The translations under genes and the position numbers were made by a program. 64,000 bases of DNA from Candidatus Latescibacterota bacterium (lineage in GTDB: Bacteria; Latescibacterota; UBA2968; GCA-2709665), in contig OZ220733.1 in assembly GCA_965116875.1 (NCBI GenBank), positions 2,656,001 through 2,720,000 of the forward strand. Direction: 5' to 3'. The number at the start of each line of letters is the position of its first letter. Position 1 is the stretch's first letter. Under the pieces are notes generated by a model that made no database searches, was not told the origin of the DNA, and saw only the letters and a program-made list of their open reading frames with translations. This document shows positions 41,001-49,026 of the stretch, piece after piece.

Positions 41001-41100
41001 CGATCTCATCGGCGATCTTCCTCGCCGCCGGATACCGCTCCACGTGGTCCACCATCCTGCGGACCTCATCGTCCGTATGCAGCGTACGTCCGGTCTTCAT
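38044..41100 (-). CDS. Heparinase II/III family protein (~1018 aa)
   Basis: DDGTGW, GNYGLHQ, DGVSFEVAIGY, GHAHRDRLN, DTGYP, SHVTVVVN. Confidence 0.8.
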   Translation of the reverse strand: MKTGRTLHTDDEVRRMVDHVERYPAARKIADEIVDRAEVWAKLDDAYVRDLPPSADIFRGFLPSFDGCPVHGEAVFQAPGGPWQVDIFNRPWKIRCAVGGEEYPSNDFMAYYRTGDRALVTGDYPDDGTGWDPGDGRSRFWFVAHYCYSLWHRLIPALQDLGRAYLITGDARYGRKGAILLDRMAALFPAMDHAAQSWYGLNYQVGYTGRFLYAVQESFNIGLYAEAYDNLFPALQSESDVHGFLNKEPATLIKHVEDNLVRQSVRDIWEGKIRGNYGLHQASAVKALVVIDDDAFTDWAIGKLETFTGCGPTTAVWAYGVEGWNHALDNFLFRDGVSFEVAIGYSAGCWTRYMLDTDLVLKRLGKRRLPGEHVRSLGNWSRRLACWGGMMPSIADTGAGVTYPMLDVSSLQRFFRGYGWPEYARALLNEGVTGERGFRSYDDLFEVPLTKAELERAAGDLPRWPETSDNLGGVGFVILRSGRAENQLAAVLQYGHANAGHAHRDRLNLEVIAGNKRVVPDTGYPTHAAEHPDPPVWEKNTVSHVTVVVNESRQDTADEGRLERFGAVPHVQHVELSAPRAYLEADVYRRGITLLELAPDLQVLVDLFHVRGGWAHDYSFHGFNGAFSTSGAASQAQEGGTLAGPAVPFRKLYDDPELERHASLPGQPGTDGKRSYHSYRGSGFSYLYDVKRGQPAGEFRADWLDEEMGLRMIVPEGVAQEVITAHGKPPSKPGAAEHLDYVLLRNRAGRRQDDLNSLFAVVCEAYRQHPGLTGVRRLDVAEGEDAIGLEISWHGGTCYLLSALSDEGRSVFEDGLELDGGFGVLNLDANDRPLWACLAGRRLAWENVEVEGTGTWRGRITGVDADNCRVTVTSDTGGAPPAGETLMASNPPHECNFPIRSVEASGDGWLCSLDAERLHIGRFVVEAETEDGLLTRTWIHREWEDTEDSGCHYLKGARLAYRERLHTIDRVIPREEGGHRFVLRDGIPWPGAPDDMPVIYDLGPGDSCVARPLVFATL

Positions 41101-41543
41101 TTCACGAATTCCTTTCATCCTCGCCGAAATCAACGTCGAATTCCGTAGCAGCAAAGTAATCAGGAAAATGCGAAAATGGAAAAGGAAAATCGGCCTGATT
41201 TGTGCGCCGGATTCAACCTGAAACCAAACCTGTCCAAAAGCGGTCAACTACGAAAGTCGCGAACAATATGGCTGGAAACCCGGCCAAAACACCCTTGTCA
41301 TTGACCTGTCTGGTGAGTATATAATCATACCCGCAGGCCACCGGAATCGTCCACATGAATAAAGGGTTTCCGCGGCGGCAACGTAACTTCCCTTAGCCTG
41401 CCAGTGCCATGCAGGCGAAATCGACCGTTTCGAAATCCATTTGCGAAGTTATTCTCGAGTTTTCTCCCCGTTCCCCGATTATTCTCTTTCCCGATACCGA
41501 TATTCCCTGCGAGTAAGTTTACTGAGCAGGTACAGGTAGAACG

Positions 41544-42473
41544 ATGAACGAACTCCAGGCGGACCTATTCAATCCAAAAGAGTTGGATGGGATTGGAATT
41601 TCTCCAATTCCGGCGGTGAACGTCGCCTCGGTGCCGCAGCGAAGCCCTTTGCGATATCCGGGCGGAAAAACCTGGCTGATCCCGCATATTCGCGCATGGC
41701 TTCGGGGGATCAAGCCGATGCCGCGACTGCTGATCGAACCGTTCGCCGGCGGCGGGACCGTTTCGCTGACTGCCGTAATGGAAAGGTTGGTCGACCGATG
41801 TCTCATGGCCGAACTCGACCATGATGTGGCTGCTTTTTGGCATGCGGCGTTGAAGTACGGTCCCGAGCTTTGCGCAAACGTAATGCGATTTGAGCCGACA
41901 CGGGACGCAGTAAACGCGCTTGCGAGTAAGCGTCCTCAAAAACCGCTGGAACATGGTTTTCGTACTCTCGTGTTGAACCGAACGCGCCGGGGCGGCATCC
42001 TCGCTCCCGGTGCGTCACTCAGCCGCGCGGGAGAAAACGGGAAGGGCGTGGCGTCCCGCTGGTACCCGGAGACGATCGTCAACCGCTTGTGGGCAATTGC
42101 GGATCACACCGACCGCATCGAATTCCGGGAAACGGACGGGATGCGCTTGCTGGAAGAATTCGTTGCCACTCGCGGTCGTGGTTCGGTGGCGAATTCCGCC
42201 GCTGTGGTTTTTGTAGACCCTCCGTACACTGCAGGAGGCAAGCGTGCGGGTAAACGCCTCTATGCCCAAAACGAGGTAGATCATCCGAAACTGTTCGAAT
42301 TGCTTGCCGATTGCGGTGCGGAATTCCTGATGACGTACGACCGGGCGCCGGAAATCGTAACCCTGAGCGAGAAACACGGTTTCCACGCGGTCCGGGTTAT
42401 GATGAAAAATACCCATCACGCCCGAATACCGGAACTGATCATTACACCAAAGCCGGTGTTCGCGGGTTCGTGA
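41544..42473 (+). CDS. DNA adenine methyltransferase, Dam/D12 class (alpha group), orphan
   Basis: SPLRYPGGK, IEPFAGGG (motif I), FVDPPY (motif IV). Confidence 0.92.
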   Translation: MNELQADLFNPKELDGIGISPIPAVNVASVPQRSPLRYPGGKTWLIPHIRAWLRGIKPMPRLLIEPFAGGGTVSLTAVMERLVDRCLMAELDHDVAAFWHAALKYGPELCANVMRFEPTRDAVNALASKRPQKPLEHGFRTLVLNRTRRGGILAPGASLSRAGENGKGVASRWYPETIVNRLWAIADHTDRIEFRETDGMRLLEEFVATRGRGSVANSAAVVFVDPPYTAGGKRAGKRLYAQNEVDHPKLFELLADCGAEFLMTYDRAPEIVTLSEKHGFHAVRVMMKNTHHARIPELIITPKPVFAGS

Positions 42474-42491
42474 CTTAACCCGATTCCCACC

Positions 42492-43268
42492 ATGAAAATC
42501 CTCATCACAGGCGCCACGGGCGTCATTGGCAGCAGGCTGGTCCCTGCGCTGGAGGTCGAACACGAACTTCGGCTGTTGAGCCGGCGTGATTTCCCGGACG
42601 ATTCCCGCTGGCGCCGGGTGGACGTGACGGATATCGACCAGGTCTGCGACGCCGCGGAAGGAATGGACATGGCCATCCACCTGGCCATCGCCACGGGACG
42701 GGAGGGCGACTACGAAGAGGACGTCTTCAACCGCCAGCGGATGGATATCAACGTCAAAGGCACCTACAACCTCTTCGAAGCCGCGCGACGTCACCGGCTG
42801 AAGCGGGTGATCTACACCAGCAGCCTGACCGTGGTCTGGGGCTATCCGCCGCCGCAATGGGTCGACGGCGACGCGCCCGCGAAACCCGTAGGGACCTACG
42901 CCCTTACCAAATACATGGGCGAGAAAATCGCTGAATACTACGCGGAACTGCACGGTATCTCCGCACTCTGCCTGCGCATCCCCAAACCGTTCGACGTCCA
43001 CGATACAAAGCTTGCGAATTCATCGATTCTGCCCCAGTGGCTCGCCTTCCCCGACCTCATCCGGGCCTACGAACTCGCCCTGACCGCACCCGACGTCGGC
43101 TACGAGATCGTCACCCTTGTCGGTGAAAGCAGCAGGCGCCGGTGGGACCTCGCCAGGGCGGAGCAAGTCCTCGGATACCGCCCCCGGTACCGGCTGGAAG
43201 ACATGGGGTACACCCTCCGCGACGAACCGGATTCCTACAACCGCCCCAATATCGTCACCCCGCCATGA
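42492..43268 (+). CDS. NAD-dependent epimerase/dehydratase (uronate dehydrogenase-like SDR)
   Basis: ITGATGVIG, NVKGTYNLFEAA, YALTK (YxxxK). Confidence 0.88.
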   Translation: MKILITGATGVIGSRLVPALEVEHELRLLSRRDFPDDSRWRRVDVTDIDQVCDAAEGMDMAIHLAIATGREGDYEEDVFNRQRMDINVKGTYNLFEAARRHRLKRVIYTSSLTVVWGYPPPQWVDGDAPAKPVGTYALTKYMGEKIAEYYAELHGISALCLRIPKPFDVHDTKLANSSILPQWLAFPDLIRAYELALTAPDVGYEIVTLVGESSRRRWDLARAEQVLGYRPRYRLEDMGYTLRDEPDSYNRPNIVTPP

Positions 43269-43434
43269 CCCTCTGGAGCCCCGTCCGTTGCCGCCGGCTC
43301 CGTTACAACTTGCCGTTCACGTGTTTTTCTTCGTAAGTTACGGACCGCGGTCACGCGGTGTTCGCGGCCGGCAGCCTTGAACTGTCGGCGTGCGATGACG
43401 TTAAGTATTCAGTCCCGATACCACGGAGTCGAAC

Positions 43435-44211
43435 ATGGAATCTCTGCCCCTGCTTTCAGGCGATACGATGCCGGTGGTGGGCCACGGCACGTATCCGCTG
43501 AAGGGCGAGCAATGCAAGCAGGTGATCAAAAAGGCTCTTGAACTGGGCTACACCCACTTCGATACGGCCTGGATCTACGGCAATCAGCGGGAGATCGGTG
43601 AAGCGCTGCGGGAGGCCGGCGTCGACCGGTCGAAGCTGTTCATCACGACCAAAGTCGGTCAAGACTACCTGCAGTACGACGTTGCCATCAATCAGGCGGA
43701 GGAGAATCTCCAGTATCTCCAGATGGACTACGTGGACCTGCTCCTGGTACACTGGCCGCCCCCTGACGTGCCCATGGAAGAAACCATCGGCGCGTTCAAC
43801 GCGATCCATGACGCGGGCAAGGCCAGAAGCATCGGCGTCAGCAACTTCTCCGTCGAGCAGATGCGGGAGGCGTTTTCCGTTTCGAAAGCGCCGATCAGCG
43901 TGAATCAGATCAAGTATCATCCGGGCTATGAGCAGCGCGACGTACTCCAGTGGTGCCTGGAACACGACGTCGTCGTCACCGCCTACTCGCCGCTTGGGAA
44001 GAAGAACATCCTGGAAGATCCCGTGCTGACGACGATCGCCCGCAGCCACGACAGGACGTCCGCGCACGTGGCGCTCAGGTGGCTGATCCAGAAGGGCATG
44101 AACGTGATCCCGAAAGCCAGCACGGACCGGCATCTCCGCGCCAATCTGGATGTCTTCGACTGGACTCTGTCCGAAGACGAGATGGATTCGATCGACCGAA
44201 TGGCGCTGTAA
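43435..44211 (+). CDS. Aldo/keto reductase (DkgB-like)
   Basis: FDTAWIYGN, ITTK, LVHWP, IGVSNF, IPKAS. Confidence 0.93.
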   Translation: MESLPLLSGDTMPVVGHGTYPLKGEQCKQVIKKALELGYTHFDTAWIYGNQREIGEALREAGVDRSKLFITTKVGQDYLQYDVAINQAEENLQYLQMDYVDLLLVHWPPPDVPMEETIGAFNAIHDAGKARSIGVSNFSVEQMREAFSVSKAPISVNQIKYHPGYEQRDVLQWCLEHDVVVTAYSPLGKKNILEDPVLTTIARSHDRTSAHVALRWLIQKGMNVIPKASTDRHLRANLDVFDWTLSEDEMDSIDRMAL

Positions 44212-44300
44212 GAAAACCGACCAATCGTCCGAAAGGCGCCGTGCGGCACGTTCTCTTCCGAAATTTCGTATGGTAAATCCCAACAGACAACGGGTTAAGC

Positions 44301-45440
44301 ATGAGCTATGACGCCATCGTCATCGGCGGGGGGATCGTGGGGATGTCCACCGCCTGGCACCTCGTCCGCGCCGGCGCGAGGACGCTGCTTGTGGACCGCG
44401 GGGATACGGGACGTGCGACGGATGCCGGGGCGGGCATTCTGTCTCCCGCCACCAATACGCGGGACCCGGACCCATGGCAGCGCCTGGCCGCATTCGCGGT
44501 CGAATACTACCCTGGCCTCATTGAAAACCTGGAGGCCGAACAGGCGGGAGAAACCGGCTTCGCCGTCTGCGGCATGATGATCGTCGCCGTCTCCGATGAC
44601 GAACTGGAGCCCTTCGACGTCGCCCGCCGGCACATTTTCAGCCGCCGGACCCGCCGGGGAAAGCCCTCCGCGGAAGCCCTCCGCGAGATCACGTCCGAAG
44701 AAGCCCGCGAGCGGTTTCCGGCCCTGGCAGACGTGCGGGGCGCCATCTACTACCGGGACGCGGCCCGCGTCGACGGCCGCATGCTGACGGGCGCCCTGCG
44801 GCGCGCGGCGGAAGCCCGCGGGCTCGTTATCCAGGAAACAGCCGTTGAAGGCTTGCGCATGGACAACAACGCCGTCACAGGCGTCATCACGGATGAGGGG
44901 GCCACTTCCGCAGCCAATGTGGTCATCGCGGGCGGGGCGTGGTCGCACGCGTTCGGCCTTCAGCTGGGGGTCCAGATCCCGGTGGAACCGCAGCGCGGCC
45001 AGATCATCCATCTGGGATTGCCTCCTGCGGCAGATACGGCATCCTGGACGATCGTCAGCGCCGTTCGCGGCCACTATATGGTGCCCTGGCCGGACAACCG
45101 GGTGGTTGTGGGCGCCACGCGGGAAACCGGATCGGGTTTCGACGCCCATACAACCGTGGCCGGCGTACGGGAGGTGCTCGGCGAGGCGCTGCGGGTGGCG
45201 CCCGGCCTGGCCGAGGCGGAGATTCGCGATATCCGGGTCGGCCTGCGTCCGTACACGCAGGATCTCCTGCCCGTGCTCGGCCCCGTTCCCGGCAGGAAGA
45301 ACGTCTGGCTGGCAACCGGGCATGGTCCCACGGGTCTGCAACTGGGGCCGTACAGCGGCAAGCTCATCGCCGATCTCATTGTCGGTAATGACCTGCCGAT
45401 TGAACTGGACGCCTATCGGATCACGCGGTACTTATCCTGA
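44301..45440 (+). CDS. FAD-dependent oxidoreductase (D-amino acid oxidase/glycine oxidase family)
   Basis: IGGGIVG, ATDAGAG, PQRGQ, GLRP, ATGHG. Confidence 0.9.
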   Translation: MSYDAIVIGGGIVGMSTAWHLVRAGARTLLVDRGDTGRATDAGAGILSPATNTRDPDPWQRLAAFAVEYYPGLIENLEAEQAGETGFAVCGMMIVAVSDDELEPFDVARRHIFSRRTRRGKPSAEALREITSEEARERFPALADVRGAIYYRDAARVDGRMLTGALRRAAEARGLVIQETAVEGLRMDNNAVTGVITDEGATSAANVVIAGGAWSHAFGLQLGVQIPVEPQRGQIIHLGLPPAADTASWTIVSAVRGHYMVPWPDNRVVVGATRETGSGFDAHTTVAGVREVLGEALRVAPGLAEAEIRDIRVGLRPYTQDLLPVLGPVPGRKNVWLATGHGPTGLQLGPYSGKLIADLIVGNDLPIELDAYRITRYLS

Positions 45441-45502
45441 GATTCAGCGCGCTGCCCGGCGGTCCGGACCCGCTTCCGGCGTGAAAGGACACGGAGATAT
45501 CG

Positions 45503-46510
45503 ATGTCCGACAGTGACTACAAATGCCTGCTCGTGAGACAGGAAAATGACGGCTATGTCCGCACGGTAGAGCGTCGGCCCGTCGACGCGCTTCCCGAAGG
45601 CGACGTACTGATCCGGGTGCATTACTCCTCGCTGAACTATAAGGACGCGCTGTCGGCCACCGGGCACCGGGGGGTCACCCGGCGCTATCCGCATACGCCT
45701 GGCATCGACGCAGCGGGCGTTGTCGAGGAAAGCAGGGACGGACGCTTCACACTGGGCGATGAAGTCATTTGCACCAGCTACGATCTCGGTGCGAATACAC
45801 CCGGCGGATACGGCCAGTACATCCGCGTGCCCGCAGGGTGGATCGTCCCGCTTCCCGCCGGGCTTACCCTGCGCGAGTCCATGGTCTACGGCACCGCCGG
45901 ATTCACCGCCGCGATGTCGCTGCACAGGTTTGAACGCCACGGCATTGAACCCGGCACCGGCGAGATTCTCGTCACCGGCGCCACGGGAGGCGTCGGCAGC
46001 ATGGCGGTCGCCATCCTCGCCCGGCTGGGGTACAAGGTTGTCGCGGCCACCGGCAAACCGGAGCGGGAGCGCTTCCTGCTCGACCTGGGTGCGAACGCCG
46101 TCGTGCCTCGAAACGATGTCGACGATGAAAGCGGCCGTCCGCTGCTGGCGGAACGCTGGGCGGGCGTGGTGGATACCGTGGGAGGCAATATCCTGGCCAC
46201 CGCCCTCAAGTCAACACAAAGCCGGGGCGTCGTCACGTGCTGCGGCCTCGTCGCTTCCGCGGACCTGAATGTCAGCGTGTACCCGTTTATCCTGCGGGGC
46301 GTCAGTCTTCTCGGAATCGACTCCGCGGAGTGCCCCATGCCGGAACGGAAGTACATCTGGGACAGGATCGCCGGCCTATGGAAGATCGACCCGACGGACG
46401 ACCTGGTCGCGGAACGCACGCTCGAAACCCTCGAACCTGAAATACAGCGCATCCTGCGGGGCGGACAGACCGGCAGGGTTGTGGTCAACCTGGCTGAGAA
46501 GCCGCGTTAA
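45503..46510 (+). CDS. YhdH/AcuI-family MDR oxidoreductase (acryloyl-CoA reductase-like)
   Basis: SSLNYKDAL, PGIDAAG, GTAGFTA, TGATGGVGS, PFILRGVSLLGIDS. Confidence 0.92.
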   Translation: MSDSDYKCLLVRQENDGYVRTVERRPVDALPEGDVLIRVHYSSLNYKDALSATGHRGVTRRYPHTPGIDAAGVVEESRDGRFTLGDEVICTSYDLGANTPGGYGQYIRVPAGWIVPLPAGLTLRESMVYGTAGFTAAMSLHRFERHGIEPGTGEILVTGATGGVGSMAVAILARLGYKVVAATGKPERERFLLDLGANAVVPRNDVDDESGRPLLAERWAGVVDTVGGNILATALKSTQSRGVVTCCGLVASADLNVSVYPFILRGVSLLGIDSAECPMPERKYIWDRIAGLWKIDPTDDLVAERTLETLEPEIQRILRGGQTGRVVVNLAEKPR

Positions 46511-46659
46511 AATTCCCAGCGGTCTTCGCACGGCTGCAAAAGCGCCGGTCGGCGTTGGTCAAACCCGCCCGTATAGACAAATATGGGCGAATTTTCCCGC
46601 CTTGACCGCCACTTTTTCGCTCGCGCTCGGGAACTCACCAGTAATTTTCACACAGCTTC
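46498..46659 (+). mobile_element. 162-bp MITE, copy 3, flanked by a TGA direct repeat
   Basis: TGA|GAAGCCGCGTTAAAAT...ATTTTCACACAGCTTC|TGA. Confidence 0.9.
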
Positions 46660-46665
46660 TGAGAA

Positions 46666-47667
46666 ATGAACCGCGCCAGAATTGGTGTCATCGGCCTGGG
46701 ACGTTTCGGCGCGCAACACGCCCGCGTCCTCGCTCAGTTGCCGCACGTCGAACTCACCGCGGTGTGCTCCCGTTCGGCGGAGCGCGCCGCCAATGTCGCC
46801 TCGACGCACCATGTTCCGAAGCACTATACCGACTATCGCGACCTGTTACGGGACCCGGAAGTCGAGGCCATCGACGTCGTCACCGAAGTGGACCGGCACA
46901 CCGAAATCGCGCTTGCCGCGCTTCGATTGCGCAAACACGTGTTCAGCGAAATCCTTCTGACCGACAGTCTGGAAGAGAACGATCGATTGATCGCCGGGGC
47001 GGAAGAAAGCGGCGCCGTGTTCATGGTCGGGTTCCTGGAGCGCTTCGACGTGAGGCGCGCGAACATTAAACAAAAGATCGACGCGGGCGAACTGGGAGAA
47101 CTCGTCTCCATCTACGGCCGCCGGAACATCTGGCGGGGTATTCTGGATGCGCCGCGTTTCAAGCCCTATCCCCTGGTCATCCAGCCCGGGATTCACACCA
47201 TCGACCAGTTGCTGTGGATGGCCGGCGAGGACGTCCGGGAAGTGTATGCCAGGGCCCGCGGCATGGCGGAAGCGGGCCGTCCGGATACGTGGTGGGCCAT
47301 GCTCACGTTCGAAAGCGGCCTCATCGGCGTCATCGAACAGAGTTTCTTCATGCCCGACCGGCGGCTCTACTGGTCCAATGCAGGCCTGGAAGTGGTGGGC
47401 ACGAACGGGACGGCCCACATCGCAGAACCCAATGACGCCGCCTGGATCTGGACGGGTGACGCTACGTCCAGTCCGGATCTCTATCTCTCGCCGGAACTTC
47501 ACGGTAGAGTCGTGGGGGCGCTGGAGCAGGAACTCACCCATTTCGCGGACTGCGTCATCAGACGTCGAAATCCGGCGCACGGCACATTGCGGGACGCGCG
47601 CGATGCCCTGCGCGTGGGTCTGGCTATCGTAGAGTCCGCGCGGACAGAACGGGCAATACATCTGTAA
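46666..47667 (+). CDS. Gfo/Idh/MocA family oxidoreductase
   Basis: GVIGLGRFG, YRDLLRDPEVEAI, FMVGFLERF, IHTID. Confidence 0.88.
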   Translation: MNRARIGVIGLGRFGAQHARVLAQLPHVELTAVCSRSAERAANVASTHHVPKHYTDYRDLLRDPEVEAIDVVTEVDRHTEIALAALRLRKHVFSEILLTDSLEENDRLIAGAEESGAVFMVGFLERFDVRRANIKQKIDAGELGELVSIYGRRNIWRGILDAPRFKPYPLVIQPGIHTIDQLLWMAGEDVREVYARARGMAEAGRPDTWWAMLTFESGLIGVIEQSFFMPDRRLYWSNAGLEVVGTNGTAHIAEPNDAAWIWTGDATSSPDLYLSPELHGRVVGALEQELTHFADCVIRRRNPAHGTLRDARDALRVGLAIVESARTERAIHL

Positions 47668-47685
47668 TCACGGGGAGCATGCCGC

Positions 47686-48993
47686 ATGACCGTACCTGAC
47701 GACACGTACCGGATCGGCGTGGCCGGCGAAGACATCACGCCGCCGGTCGGGATCTACCTGGCCGGGTTCGCCGCCCGTACGGAACCATCCACAGCCGTCT
47801 ACCATCCCTTGAAAGCCAACGCCATCGCCATAGACGACGGCAACGATCCGCTCATCATCGCCAGCGCCGAGATCCTGGGTTTCTACGAACACACCGAAGA
47901 GGTCCGGTCCCGCATCTCGGGGGCGACCGGACTCGAGCCGGCAAGTATCGTCCTCAGCGGATCGCATACCCACTGCGGCCCCTGTATCCGGGAAATGGAC
48001 CGGCATCGCCACGGCGAGCTGGATGAAGACTATATCGAGCGACTCCTGGCAAGGGTTACCCGGTGCGCGAAGACCGCGTGGGAGACCCGGTCGCCGGCCC
48101 GCCTTCGGTTCAGGCAGGGGCACTGCGATGTCGCCGTTTCCCGCCGTAAACCCGACGGGAAGGGCGGCGTGGAGTGGAAACCCGGTCCCGGCGCACCCCA
48201 CGACCATGAGGTGCCGGTGCTGGCCGTCGAATCTCCCGATGGCGAACTTCGCAGCGTCATCTTCAGCTACGCGTGCCATCCTACCAGCCGCAGCGGTACG
48301 CTCATCGGCGGCGACTACGTCTGTTTCGCCTGCGACCACGTGGAAGCCACGTACCCGGGAACGACCTCGTTTTTCCTCCAGGGCTGCGCCGGAGACCAGA
48401 AAACAAGACCCGTCGATCCCGCGTCGGAGACGTTCGTGCCCAGGAGTGTGGATGAAATCCGCGACATCGGCGTCGACCTGGGGGAATCCGTGGTCCGAAC
48501 CCTCGCCTCGGGCGGGCTCGAGCCGGTAACCGGCCCGATTTCGGTACGCCGGACCATCCTCAACCTGGATACCGAACCGATTGACATGGGCCTCGTAAAA
48601 GCAGGCCTGAAAGACAATCAGGCATTCGTTCGGGCGTGGGCCGGGCATCTGCTGGATAGCGTCGAAAACAACACGCCGGTTGTCACCCGTATCCCTTTCG
48701 AAATTCAGACCGTGCGATTCGGAGACGCGCTGACGGTGGTCACGCTCGCGGGTGAAATGACCGTGGAGCACGGCCTGCGGCTGAAACGGGATCTGGGTCC
48801 ACACTTCGAAAACGTACTGGTTCTGGCATATACCAACGACATCGTCGGCTATGTTCCCGTCAGGCGGCAGATCCCCGAAGGCGGCTACGAAGTCTGGTCC
48901 AGCCAGCAGTACTGGAAACGCACGGGACCCTACGTGGCCGAAACCGAAGACCGGATCCACGCCGCCGTGGGCCGGTCCCTCGGCATCTCGTAG
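47686..48993 (+). CDS. Neutral/alkaline ceramidase-like (N-terminal domain) hydrolase
   Basis: DITPP, SHTHCGP, YACHPT, QGCAGD, EGGYE. Confidence 0.8.
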   Translation: MTVPDDTYRIGVAGEDITPPVGIYLAGFAARTEPSTAVYHPLKANAIAIDDGNDPLIIASAEILGFYEHTEEVRSRISGATGLEPASIVLSGSHTHCGPCIREMDRHRHGELDEDYIERLLARVTRCAKTAWETRSPARLRFRQGHCDVAVSRRKPDGKGGVEWKPGPGAPHDHEVPVLAVESPDGELRSVIFSYACHPTSRSGTLIGGDYVCFACDHVEATYPGTTSFFLQGCAGDQKTRPVDPASETFVPRSVDEIRDIGVDLGESVVRTLASGGLEPVTGPISVRRTILNLDTEPIDMGLVKAGLKDNQAFVRAWAGHLLDSVENNTPVVTRIPFEIQTVRFGDALTVVTLAGEMTVEHGLRLKRDLGPHFENVLVLAYTNDIVGYVPVRRQIPEGGYEVWSSQQYWKRTGPYVAETEDRIHAAVGRSLGIS

Positions 48994-49026
48994 CCAGACA
49001 CGTCCTGCATCCCTGGCCTGGCAGAC

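Noticed and set aside
41295-41325. TTGACC/TATAAT promoter upstream of the methylase
   Set aside because: Spacing is 13 or 19 nt, so it is not confidently a sigma70 promoter.
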